A stretch of DNA of 64,000 nucleotides from Treponemataceae bacterium (GCA_963677895.2 CAXXGJ010000018.1:352001-416000); one strand, 5' to 3'. Numbered from the stretch's first letter, positions 18,963-27,948 are shown. Notes: a model not told the origin generated them from the letters alone. Numbers and translations: made by a program.

Positions 18963-19333
18963 GGCCGATCCCCAGAGCCCCTTGCTCCCTTAGCCTTGCC
19001 TTCTCCCTTTTCTTGCCCCGCCAGGCTTTCGAGAAGATACTCGTCAAACTCCTTCTTGGCCCCCTCCATCAACTCGATAGCCTTGTCCACATTACCGTTG
19101 CACTCGCCATCGCGCTGTGCTTCGAGCGTTGCCTTCAGGCTCACTATCTGCGGTCCCTGCAACCTGAAAAGGATCGTCACGTTCGATCGCATACAGATGA
19201 GTTCAGAGAGGATCTTTTCCATGCTTCGCTTGGAGTTGAAGAGCCATTTCAGGTTTAGCCAGATCGCCCCGATCATCGCCGCGGCGCCAATCCCGGCCGC
19301 CGCATCCATCAACTTGTCCAGCATCGGGTTCAT
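18959..19333 (-). CDS. Phage membrane protein (single N-terminal TM, holin/antiholin-like)
   Basis: MNPMLDKLMDAAAGIGAAAMIGAIWLNLKWLF followed by a soluble helical domain; ATGA overlap with the next gene. Confidence 0.5.
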   Translation of the reverse strand: MNPMLDKLMDAAAGIGAAAMIGAIWLNLKWLFNSKRSMEKILSELICMRSNVTILFRLQGPQIVSLKATLEAQRDGECNGNVDKAIELMEGAKKEFDEYLLESLAGQEKGEGKAKGARGSGDRP

Positions 19334-19353
19334 TCCCGCCTGCCTTATTTGTA

Positions 19354-20475
19354 TCAGCCTGAACGCAGCGCTTCCCAAAGCTCATTGGTTTCTGCGAGGG
19401 CAGCGCTGAAGGCTCCTTTCGCGGGGCGCCCGAAACCCAAACGGATTCCGGGACCATCCTTTGTCCATCGTTCTTCTATGGATTCAATCGGTACGGTGTA
19501 CCAATGGTCGAATGCTTTTACGCTACAGAGATCTCCCAGGAAATAATCCCTATCTAGAACGATAGGCGATCCTGGCGGTACTTCGGCTTCGAGACAAAAA
19601 GTCGTACCATAGTTGCCTAACCGCGCAGCGCCATAGCTCCTTAAACTTTCATCATCCTCACAAGCCCAGGCTTCGAGCTCTCTCTCAAATCGCAATGTTC
19701 CTGACGGTTCCTCTCCTTCCCAAATAGTCGCCTTTATTCTTCCTTCATTCGTTTTTGCGCCCCGCAGATACAGCGTATTGCTGTATCGCGAATTTCCTTC
19801 TATGAGACTCGCGCCGCTAAGGCTGTCATAGTCTTCAGAGAACAGGGCACGCCCGTTTGTTTCCTGCGCCGCGCTCCGGTCGGTGCCAATAAGGATATCG
19901 AAAGCCATCGTCCTCGTGCTCGCGTCAAAATCAATCGTGAATCCAGTTTCCGTGGCTTTACCGCAACGGGATAGCTCTGTAAGCATGTTCGAAAACGCAC
20001 ATCGCAGTGAAATTTGTTTCCCTCGCTCCTGATTTGCTTTAAGGCGAAGGCATTCGAATTTACGTGTTTCTCCGGCATCCATGCAGCATTCTCTGGCCAC
20101 GATCGTCTTCATCACCGTTTCAACGGGAGCGGTCGCTTCAAAAAAACCTGAGAGTTCGTCGGGTATCACCAATCTTCTTCCAAGAATGCTCTTCGCCTCA
20201 TATCCCCTGGCGATAATCCACGGTGTTCCTTTTTTTAATCGTTTCTTCTCCGTCTCCACGATGATCCCGAGCCGTTTTCCGGAATTCCCCGCAACTATGA
20301 AATTCCCTGGCTTTAAGGCAGAATCTTCGGCTTTATCCAGTGGCATCGAAAGCGCAAAATCACCCGGCGCTAAAAATCTGCGTACGTAATAGAATTCTCC
20401 GAAAGCATCAATGTCAGCCAATAGATCAAGCTGTTCACTAAAAATTCTTATGGGAATCGTGGCGTTCATCGTCAA
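19354..20475 (-). CDS. Siphovirus ReqiPepy6 Gp37-like baseplate hub/tail protein
   Basis: R.F...GDF.L, GII, L.RR, GTDRS..Q...ALFSEDYD, SG..RFE, DY.LGD motifs. Confidence 0.75.
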   Translation of the reverse strand: MTMNATIPIRIFSEQLDLLADIDAFGEFYYVRRFLAPGDFALSMPLDKAEDSALKPGNFIVAGNSGKRLGIIVETEKKRLKKGTPWIIARGYEAKSILGRRLVIPDELSGFFEATAPVETVMKTIVARECCMDAGETRKFECLRLKANQERGKQISLRCAFSNMLTELSRCGKATETGFTIDFDASTRTMAFDILIGTDRSAAQETNGRALFSEDYDSLSGASLIEGNSRYSNTLYLRGAKTNEGRIKATIWEGEEPSGTLRFERELEAWACEDDESLRSYGAARLGNYGTTFCLEAEVPPGSPIVLDRDYFLGDLCSVKAFDHWYTVPIESIEERWTKDGPGIRLGFGRPAKGAFSAALAETNELWEALRSG

Positions 20476-21935
20476 GCCTCGAACTTATATCCCCAACTCA
20501 CGTTGCTTCCGGCCGTAATTACTACGAGTACTCCATCATCATTTTTGTAGATAAATTTTATGCAATCATTTTCGGGTATTTCCCATTTCTTTATCCAGCT
20601 TGCACCCATATCATTGCTAATGTATATTTTTCTGCGGCATCCCATATAGATGGTTGTTCCATCGACAAAGATTGCTGAATAATCTATTTGTCCATCAATT
20701 TCCCTGCCATCATCCCAGGTAATCCCATAGTCCGTACTTTTAAAAAGTTTTGCGTTGTGCTCTAGCCCTGCTAAAACTATGCCGTTTCCTATGTGCTTAA
20801 TAAAAGTATATGGGTATTCTTCTATCCCCGTTGATTTTACTTCTGCCCATGTTACGCCGGAGTCAGTCGATCGAAACATTTTCCCGCTGGCATAACTTCC
20901 AGCGAGTACCACCGTCCCGCCAACACTCTCCATTACTTTTAATCCTTCATTGCTGCAAGTTCCGATATAGCTCCATGTTAATCCGCCATCTATAGAGCCG
21001 ATTATCTTATCTCGTGAAGATCCCGTTGCGATAATGTTTGATGTGCTGAGGACACAGAATGTGTCGATGAATTCTTCGTACTCAGAATCCCATACCTCTG
21101 TCCATGGACTGAGATAATAAGATGATGCCCTGAATATTTTACCATCTGTTCCTGCTAAATATGCTGATCCAGTATTGGCCAGGCTACGAATACTAGTGCT
21201 CACCGTAATTTGATCTATATTTTTCAGAGTTATTCCATGATCGTTGCTGTAAGCCAAGTGGTTGTTCTTATCATATCCAGCAAGTACTACATCACTTTCA
21301 AGCCGCAGCGCACAATTGATAGTCCCTGTCTCTAAACTATGATTTTCGACATGCATGAACTTTACAAAGGAAATTCCGTTCTGACCTGCATTCAGCGCAT
21401 CAGCCTTCGCTTTTATTATCCTTCCATAAACCTGCCCTTCTACAAGCGCATCGATCGAGTCGCTGTTCGTTATAAAGACCGGCCTCATCTGCCGCTCATC
21501 GGTCAGCGTCAGTACATTCGGCCCCGCCGAATGATCGATAAGGATTTTTTCCACTTCGATGTCATCATCGCTTAGGTAAAGGGGCGCGACAGGGTCATCG
21601 GCTTCCCCCCCTTTTAGAACAGTCGCCACCATCGTCCGCCGGTATCGATCGATGCATATGGCGATCCTGTCATACCGCTTTTTCCCAAGCGTTGGCTCAT
21701 CCAAGGTCAATGATAGTGGCGATGTGTTTCTATAATAGACGCCTCCCTTCATCGCCACGCCTTTTCCCATAGTGATCGTGAAACTTCCATCTGATGTCAC
21801 CGCGAAAGCATCATCGGAATGCGCCAGAATTCCATCGGCGCGCTGCATAGCCTCGTGAAGTTTTTCGTTCATGAATCGCGCCGTATATTTCCTGTCGCCC
21901 GCAACCCCGGTGAAGAACCCGGATTCTTCCGCCAT
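20472..21935 (-). CDS. Phage baseplate/receptor-binding protein with Asp-box beta-propeller
   Basis: N-terminal MAEESGFF...GDRKY...RYDRI phage structural motif; Asp-boxes SNDHGIT, SIDGGLTW, STDSGVTW, STDYGITW, SNDMGASW. Confidence 0.7.
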   Translation of the reverse strand: MAEESGFFTGVAGDRKYTARFMNEKLHEAMQRADGILAHSDDAFAVTSDGSFTITMGKGVAMKGGVYYRNTSPLSLTLDEPTLGKKRYDRIAICIDRYRRTMVATVLKGGEADDPVAPLYLSDDDIEVEKILIDHSAGPNVLTLTDERQMRPVFITNSDSIDALVEGQVYGRIIKAKADALNAGQNGISFVKFMHVENHSLETGTINCALRLESDVVLAGYDKNNHLAYSNDHGITLKNIDQITVSTSIRSLANTGSAYLAGTDGKIFRASSYYLSPWTEVWDSEYEEFIDTFCVLSTSNIIATGSSRDKIIGSIDGGLTWSYIGTCSNEGLKVMESVGGTVVLAGSYASGKMFRSTDSGVTWAEVKSTGIEEYPYTFIKHIGNGIVLAGLEHNAKLFKSTDYGITWDDGREIDGQIDYSAIFVDGTTIYMGCRRKIYISNDMGASWIKKWEIPENDCIKFIYKNDDGVLVVITAGSNVSWGYKFEA

Positions 21936-21944
21936 ATCCTCTCC

Positions 21945-22832
21945 TTATGCTTCCAGATGTCTCCCTGCAAATTCAAACAGTGCTTCGGATCCTTCCCCGG
22001 GGGAGTCATCGCCAATTTCGATGATATTTTCTCCCGGCTTGAGCTGCCAGAACGTCGATAAAAGGTCCATGTAATGCATCCCGTTGCTTTCTATGCCATG
22101 GCGGTGCAATGTTATGGTTCTGTTGACAGGTTCCGTGTTCACCTCCAAATACTCTCCAGCGGCAATAATGCCTGAAATCCTTAAGATCTCCCCGCTTGTC
22201 GTATTCCGGATGAATGGATTAACGATGGGCCCGCTGAAGCGAATTCTTAACGGCGCCGCAACATTTCCTTGATTGTTGATAGTCTTCGTCCTGTTTCCCG
22301 TGTGCAGTATGGTGGCGAATTCGATACCGTCCTCATCGAACTCGATCCCTTCCTCGCTGAACTCTGTCAATGCCGCAAAGTAGGCAACCTCGGAAACTTG
22401 AGGCTCTATATCTATGAAATAGGGCTGCCTGCAGACAAATTCCACCGAGAATCGCTGCCACGCCTCACTCCATGAACGTTTGACAAAGATTGGCTCACGC
22501 GAGGGCTGCGCCCCAATCTTCCGCCGCCTTCCCAGTCGCTCTACAAACAAGGTTCCTTCCCTCGTATGAATCTTCAATGCCTCACAGATAGTTCTTCTTT
22601 CCGACGCTTCATCTGCCTCCTCGAGCCCCTCGCAATCGATAGCTGCGTCTATCGCTATGTACCGTGGTCTTGTCGTTGTTGTTATCGCAATAACGCCATC
22701 AATCCCCGGTCCTTCCGAAACGCTTATCCCCAGCGGAGGCGTTTCAAGCCCCGATGCTGTAATCAGCTTAAGCCTTCCCGTACCGAAGGATACCTCCTCT
22801 TCGTCGATCGTTCGAAAGGTAAGCACCGTCAC
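21945..22832 (-). CDS. Distal tail protein (Dit, Sipho_tail family)
   Basis: GIDG..., F.C..PYF, INNQGNV.AP..I...GP..NP.I.N, FWQLKPGEN.I. Confidence 0.8.
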   Translation of the reverse strand: MTVLTFRTIDEEEVSFGTGRLKLITASGLETPPLGISVSEGPGIDGVIAITTTTRPRYIAIDAAIDCEGLEEADEASERRTICEALKIHTREGTLFVERLGRRRKIGAQPSREPIFVKRSWSEAWQRFSVEFVCRQPYFIDIEPQVSEVAYFAALTEFSEEGIEFDEDGIEFATILHTGNRTKTINNQGNVAAPLRIRFSGPIVNPFIRNTTSGEILRISGIIAAGEYLEVNTEPVNRTITLHRHGIESNGMHYMDLLSTFWQLKPGENIIEIGDDSPGEGSEALFEFAGRHLEA

Positions 22833-22981
22833 CAGTCCTCTCCAAAGGCGATGAGCCTCGATACTCTTTCGCTCTCTCGTTTTTCTTCCAGGAGATCGGG
22901 AACAACCTCATGTTCAATGGTATTCGCCATCGTTTCATCGCTTGATTCATCGTTCCTGGGTTCCTTTTTTTCGATCGCCAT
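22829..22981 (-). CDS. 50-aa mini-ORF at the tail tube/tape measure position
   Basis: ATG overlaps the upstream stop (TGATG); its stop overlaps the Dit start (GTGA). Confidence 0.5.
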   Translation of the reverse strand: MAIEKKEPRNDESSDETMANTIEHEVVPDLLEEKRESERVSRLIAFGEDW

Positions 22982-23346
22982 CACCGCATCCTTGCGCCTG
23001 AATAGCGCGATACAAGGCGGCTCCATTCTGGCCGGCCGGCATCATGGCGTACCGTCGCTTCATGATGAAACCCAATATTCTCCATCGCAGTATCGACACG
23101 ATCGGCAAGCTCATAAGCGCATCCTTCTGCAATCATCCCTATGGTGCATTCCCACATCTCTGCGATAACGCTTGTCTCGCCTTCCAGAATCGGTGCGCCC
23201 CTCGCGAGTTCAATAAGCATAAGGGGAGGGGAGTAAGGCGCCTTCTCTGCAGGGTTCCCTACAATAATTCTGTCGGCCGATCCCACCAGCTCAAGTATCC
23301 TTGCATTCTCTGCCAGTAAGGAGCGTATATCCGTTCTACCGCTCAT
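22981..23346 (-). CDS. Putative tail terminator/completion protein
   Basis: 121 aa; IR.LL....I..LVG..DRI...P......P and A..VD..M...GF pattern; position after the head connectors. Confidence 0.55.
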   Translation of the reverse strand: MSGRTDIRSLLAENARILELVGSADRIIVGNPAEKAPYSPPLMLIELARGAPILEGETSVIAEMWECTIGMIAEGCAYELADRVDTAMENIGFHHEATVRHDAGRPEWSRLVSRYSGARMR

Positions 23347-23639
23347 GCCGACTCATCTTCTTTTTCAAGCGTGGCTTCCGTATGCTTAGGAAAACGGCGT
23401 GCTTCAATCACCCTGAAAAGCCCCCTTGTGCAGGTAATCCGATCATTCATGCCGATTTCGATCTTTTCTCTCGTGATGAGCGATAGGCGCTCCTTTCGTC
23501 CCATACCTTGCTTCTCGCTTCTCGCAGGCCATAGGCGAGCCCTGATTGTCCCTCCCGCCTCGTAGGTAGCTTTGTATGCGTGGCATGCATCGAAAGAGAG
23601 CGAGTATTTCAAGAGCTCCACTGCCTCAATGTTCCTCAT
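23343..23639 (-). CDS. Putative head-closure (stopper) protein
   Basis: 98 aa; I.A.L.P, I...DRI....G.F.V pattern; ATGA overlaps on both sides. Confidence 0.5.
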   Translation of the reverse strand: MRNIEAVELLKYSLSFDACHAYKATYEAGGTIRARLWPARSEKQGMGRKERLSLITREKIEIGMNDRITCTRGLFRVIEARRFPKHTEATLEKEDESA

Positions 23640-24124
23640 ACCCGTTCCAGGAGCACCTGTGCCGGGCACCGAATGTGCGCCGATAACAGCCTGTAAATGG
23701 AAGGAAAACGCCGTACCGTTTCGGCCCCAGCCGCATACCTTCGCGTTACTCCGCCTTCTCTCTCTTCCTTTAAATATCCACCCTCGCTCTCGCTCGCCGC
23801 TAGAATGCCGGGATCCACGAGCTCAAGGAGTGCGGCCTCGCACTGCGCTTCGATAAGCCACTGTGGTATCGCGCCGCTCCAAAGCGCTTCCATTCCATAC
23901 CGGGGGTATGAAAGCCGCTGTATCTTCGAAATCCTCGCTCCTGGCCAAAGACCGCCATACATCCGTTCCAGATAGTCACAGGCGCGGATCAGGGCCGCAC
24001 TTTTGGCATCGATACCTGCATTTCCCCATGACGTATTTCCTCGCAGCAGATGATAGCTATCAGCCACACTCACTTCCGTGTAGCTGTCGGCCCCGGCAAG
24101 CCCGCTCCCGTTCTCGATTGTCAT
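23636..24124 (-). CDS. Head-tail adaptor (DnaT-like phage protein family)
   Basis: MTIENGSGLAGADSY..V..AD.Y...RG...W...K.AALIRA.DYL, Q.L.YPR, IP..L..AQCE.AL. Confidence 0.75.
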   Translation of the reverse strand: MTIENGSGLAGADSYTEVSVADSYHLLRGNTSWGNAGIDAKSAALIRACDYLERMYGGLWPGARISKIQRLSYPRYGMEALWSGAIPQWLIEAQCEAALLELVDPGILAASESEGGYLKEEREGGVTRRYAAGAETVRRFPSIYRLLSAHIRCPAQVLLERV

Positions 24125-24669
24125 GCCATGTACCCGTAGACCGTCACCACAAGATCGCTGCCCTCGGCAAAATCGCCGTCGGCCATGACATCGATGCCCT
24201 TCCCGGCACGGCATCCAAGCGACATCCCAAACTCAGCCTCAAGCGTAACCCCTTCGGATGCGGGGCCAATGTAATTGCCCGGAATAAGTTGGGTTGCCAG
24301 AATACCCGCAAAACGGTAGATGAGATCGGTTCCCGAATCGGTGATATATACCTTCGTTCCTGTTCCTCCCGTCCAGGCAGTCTCGCCGTCGAGGAGGAGA
24401 AAGAACCCCAAGGGATAGATCTTCTTTCCCTCGGGGATATCCGCTTCCAAAAAGCTATGGACTCGTGTGCCGGCCGTGAGCGCGGGCAATCGTATCGTCT
24501 TTGAGAAAAATTCCTGCCCACCCGCCTCGGCGCTTTTAATCGTGTTTACCGATTCCTCAAGCTCTTCCAGAGCCTTTCCCAGCCTCATCAGCTCCTGCCC
24601 CAGAAGCGCTCTCTGTCCATCGGGGCTCAAGCGGTCGAGAATCCCTGCCTTGTCAGGATCAAGCGCCAT
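24121..24669 (-). CDS. Hypothetical phage protein (possible capsid decoration)
   Basis: Directly follows the coat gene; beta-rich C-terminal part; RBS AGGGGGA. Confidence 0.5.
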   Translation of the reverse strand: MALDPDKAGILDRLSPDGQRALLGQELMRLGKALEELEESVNTIKSAEAGGQEFFSKTIRLPALTAGTRVHSFLEADIPEGKKIYPLGFFLLLDGETAWTGGTGTKVYITDSGTDLIYRFAGILATQLIPGNYIGPASEGVTLEAEFGMSLGCRAGKGIDVMADGDFAEGSDLVVTVYGYMA

Positions 24670-24678
24670 GCTGTCCCC

Positions 24679-25821
24679 CTAACCTAAGAGCAGGCCGACA
24701 TGCTCATGCATCACTACCTTGAACCCCCACGCCAGGTGCAGCTCCCAAGTGATCTGCCCGTACTGGGCGATTTCCAGCAGCAGGTAAGAGAGGCCGCGAA
24801 GATCCGAAATTATGGCCTGGATCATGGTCGGATTCTCGGGCATCACCGGAGGTCGCATAATCCCCACCACTGCTTCCCGCTCGAAAGCCAGGCAGGGCGT
24901 GTAGCTGTCGCCGATCGTTATGGCACTTGAGGTGTCGATACCCAGTCGTACTCCCGGTCTTCCGATCGTGAGCAGCTGCTGCATGGCGGTTATCTCGTTG
25001 TGGTTGATGTACCGATTGGTGTCACCCGCGAAGGCGATAATGTCGCCTTCCTTTATGATCCCCGTTCCCGAAGCTCCCGACAGCGTCGTGCTTACGTCGC
25101 CTTTGACCATCGCCTTCGTCGCGTTCGTCAGATAATTCGCGCCCGTCCCCTTCACATGCTGCGCGATCTGCGCGCTCGTGCGAATCTGAAATCCAAACTG
25201 ACGCTTGATGACACCGCTCCGCCGCTCCTCGTCGCTACCCGCCGCGTAAGCCTGCTGAATTGCCGAAAGCTTCAACAGGTTCGTCTCGGCGCCAGAATCG
25301 CAGACGAACTGCGGATCGGCCATAGCGCAGCCGTTATCCTTCAGAATCCTCCGAACCGCGATCAGATCATCCAGGGATGAGGCAAAAGGCGTCGTCCCCG
25401 CCACGCCCGCCGCTCTTGAGGCCCCATGAACAATCGCCGTCACGCAGTCAGCTTCCGCCGCATTCCTTAAGGAGCGCATCTCCTGCATCAACTTTAGCCT
25501 GAGCCACTCCTTGTCGGTCCCTGAGTTCTCAAGACTCCGCCGCTGCTCTCCCGTCAGATGCCAGCTCCGCTTCTTCGACGCCGTGATCTTCACGTTCACC
25601 GTCGACGCCGAATCCGAATCCCCCTGGGGCGTCACGTTCCCCGGAATAAAATCCACCGGCGTTCCGCCCGAAGCGATCGGCACCGCCACAATATCGTCTT
25701 TAGCCACCTGCTTGTCGTCGAAGCTCATGGTCACCGCCTGCAGGGCTCCCGTATCTTCTGCTGAAACCTCCTGCGCCGCTGAAAACAGAATCGGCGCAAG
25801 ACTTGTGAATACATTGGACAT
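24679..25821 (-). CDS. Major capsid protein, P22 coat-like (HK97 fold)
   Basis: MSN.FT.L.P.L..A...VS.E..G, AG.AGTTPF, R.IL.DNG, W......AWG.K......LLG. Confidence 0.85.
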   Translation of the reverse strand: MSNVFTSLAPILFSAAQEVSAEDTGALQAVTMSFDDKQVAKDDIVAVPIASGGTPVDFIPGNVTPQGDSDSASTVNVKITASKKRSWHLTGEQRRSLENSGTDKEWLRLKLMQEMRSLRNAAEADCVTAIVHGASRAAGVAGTTPFASSLDDLIAVRRILKDNGCAMADPQFVCDSGAETNLLKLSAIQQAYAAGSDEERRSGVIKRQFGFQIRTSAQIAQHVKGTGANYLTNATKAMVKGDVSTTLSGASGTGIIKEGDIIAFAGDTNRYINHNEITAMQQLLTIGRPGVRLGIDTSSAITIGDSYTPCLAFEREAVVGIMRPPVMPENPTMIQAIISDLRGLSYLLLEIAQYGQITWELHLAWGFKVVMHEHVGLLLG

Positions 25822-25837
25822 CTTCTAATGCAGAGGC

Positions 25838-26575
25838 TCAATCCTGATTGAGCGTGCCTCCATGCGCGATAAATGCTGCGCGTTCCTTTGCCGGTAGCCC
25901 CCAAAACTGCTCTACAGCCATGCCGCTTGTCATGTCTCCCGCCACCGGAGCTCTATGCTCCCCGGCGCCGCCCCCCGCGTTCTCCTTCGCGGCGATAAAC
26001 TCCTTCCCTTCGTCGGAAGCCAGAAACTCTTTCACCCAATCAGGCAAATTCTGTTTCTGCTCCACACCATCTCGTGTGAATCTCGCCACTGCCGTCCTGA
26101 TATCTCCCTCTCCCTCAACCGCAAGGATACCTTTCTCTTTGATCAAAGCTTTAGCCGCTCCAATCAGCGAAGGTTTTACATTGGCCTTGGATAGTTCGGC
26201 CGTAAGGCCAGAGTCGAGCAGAAGCCTTGTTACCGCGGCCTTCTCTTCATTGAGATTCTTTGTGAGCAATGTTTCCTTATCGGTGCTTTGTCGTGTAGCG
26301 GCTTCGAGAAGTTTTTCCTTCTCGGCGAGAGTGGCTTTCGTGGTTTCGAGCTCGGCCTTCAGCGTCTCGGCCTCGCTGATAACCTTCTCTAGCTCCTCAG
26401 GGCTTTTCCCTGAGAAGGCCTCCATGCGCCGTTCGAATTTCTTGATCCTGGCCCAGTCGCGGGAGGCGAGAGGCTCGATCCTGTCCACGAGGGAGATGAT
26501 CAATTCCTTATCAGCGCTCTCGCCCTTCTCCAGCTCGAATTTCAGATGAGTAATGATGTCTTTCAGACTTGTCAT
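25838..26575 (-). CDS. Phage scaffolding protein
   Basis: Coiled coil; C-terminal GGGAG...F..L...ERAAFI..GG; immediately upstream of the coat gene. Confidence 0.7.
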   Translation of the reverse strand: MTSLKDIITHLKFELEKGESADKELIISLVDRIEPLASRDWARIKKFERRMEAFSGKSPEELEKVISEAETLKAELETTKATLAEKEKLLEAATRQSTDKETLLTKNLNEEKAAVTRLLLDSGLTAELSKANVKPSLIGAAKALIKEKGILAVEGEGDIRTAVARFTRDGVEQKQNLPDWVKEFLASDEGKEFIAAKENAGGGAGEHRAPVAGDMTSGMAVEQFWGLPAKERAAFIAHGGTLNQD

Positions 26576-26817
26576 TGGTCATGGTCTATCGTCGGGGGTA
26601 ATATCCGCCCCGCCGGCCGTGCGCAAGGTCTATTGGAAGGTTCTATCGCTTTTGCAGGAAATGCGCGTTACCTGTAAAAGCGGGCAGGCAGGAATTTTCC
26701 GTCCTGTACGGATCGCATGGCAGGTTTGCTACCATAGGTGTATGATAAAGTATACATCACTTGCATGTAAAGAGGGCAGTATCTTATAATCTATTTTTTG
26801 ATTGTTTTTAAAATTTC

Positions 26818-27936
26818 TTACATGTTCCAGATAGCTTTAAAAGCATCTATTATCAAATCCTCATCACCTATTTGTAAACCAATTGGATTTATTACAATTA
26901 TGCCTTTGTTAAGATAGAAAGATGTTACATATATAGGTGGATTGTTCTGTAATAGATGCTTAGCAATTTCGAATGCAGATAATCCCATTTTTTTTTCATC
27001 TATTTTAATCTGTATACGTGGAACCGGTCTTCCAACTTCGTCTGGAAAAATTCTCTTAAGGACGGTATGTGGAAGATTTTTCAAGGAATCTTGTATGAAC
27101 GAGACTTTTGATTCCCATATTTTCTGCTCAGCTTCGTGGTTCCTATTCATATATATTTCTAAAGCTGTAACTAAGCCTATAATTTCTTCTTTACCTACTT
27201 TCATTGGCCGTCCAATTCCATATTCAGGCCCGGCTTGGAGCCGACATGATTCTATAAGATCCTTATCTCCAAATATAAATCCTGTTCCTGGTGGACCATA
27301 AATGTGCTTAGCTCCACTTACAGACACAAGGTTTGCTCCCATAAGCGAATAAGCTCTTAATTTTTCTGGAGGATAATTTGCTACTGCAGCATCTATAATT
27401 ACTGGAATTTTGTGATCTTTACCAATTTGTATGAATTTTTCTAGTGATACCATCCCCAAATCGTTAGATAATTCACTAAAGGCATATAATAAAGCTACCG
27501 TATTCTCGTTTATTGAATACTCAATTTCTTCTATTCTTGTTGAAGATGGCAATCCAACTTCGATAACCTTGACGCCAGTTAGTCTGATGCCTTGATCATA
27601 TCCAGTTCTTTGTCCTTTCTGGATAATTATCTCCGATCCATTAGCTGCTGCCGGTAAATCTAGCATCTTAGCTGTATTACTATGTGTTATACATGCGGAT
27701 ACTGCAAGAAGAAGTCCTGCAGCTGCACCAGAAGTTACGAGAGCTGACTCAGCATTTATAAGTTTTGCAATGGCATTACCGGCGCTCTTGTGAAGTTCAG
27801 TCATATCGATATAGCTTTTTGCAGCTTCAACCATAGAGTTGAGAACAGCATCATCCATGCAAGATCCGCCTAATCTGGAATTATTCGCAGAGGCATTAAT
27901 TACTCTTTTGACTCCTAGAGTTTCATAAGTTGCCAT
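26818..27936 (-). CDS. SelA-like PLP enzyme (DgaE / D-glucosaminate-6-P ammonia-lyase family)
   Basis: VINASA..SRLGGS, VTSGAAAG, IIDAA, SGAK, IGRPMKVGKE. Confidence 0.82.
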   Translation of the reverse strand: MATYETLGVKRVINASANNSRLGGSCMDDAVLNSMVEAAKSYIDMTELHKSAGNAIAKLINAESALVTSGAAAGLLLAVSACITHSNTAKMLDLPAAANGSEIIIQKGQRTGYDQGIRLTGVKVIEVGLPSSTRIEEIEYSINENTVALLYAFSELSNDLGMVSLEKFIQIGKDHKIPVIIDAAVANYPPEKLRAYSLMGANLVSVSGAKHIYGPPGTGFIFGDKDLIESCRLQAGPEYGIGRPMKVGKEEIIGLVTALEIYMNRNHEAEQKIWESKVSFIQDSLKNLPHTVLKRIFPDEVGRPVPRIQIKIDEKKMGLSAFEIAKHLLQNNPPIYVTSFYLNKGIIVINPIGLQIGDEDLIIDAFKAIWNM

Positions 27937-27948
27937 ATCTTCCCCCCA

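Larger units (their letters stand above)
17807..26575 (-). mobile_element. Phage-derived virion/lysis gene module without packaging or tail-tube genes
   Basis: Co-oriented, overlapping ORFs with capsid, connector, Dit, Gp37-like and lysis-like products; visibly higher GC than both flanks. Confidence 0.85.

Noticed and set aside
20472..21935. Diversity-generating retroelement target
   Set aside because: No reverse transcriptase and no TR/VR repeat pair were seen in the window.
24679..25821. Encapsulin nanocompartment
   Set aside because: It is accompanied by scaffold, connector, Dit and hub genes rather than cargo enzymes; the sequence looks like a P22-type coat.
25848..26549. Long antisense ORFs (also 17905-18456, 43157-43957, 57325-58260 and others)
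   Set aside because: They are shadows of GC-rich sense genes, with low-complexity Ser/Phe-rich translations and no family motifs.
26818..27936. Selenocysteine synthase selA
   Set aside because: Short form without selB, selC or selD nearby; motifs and context fit the DgaE-like group.
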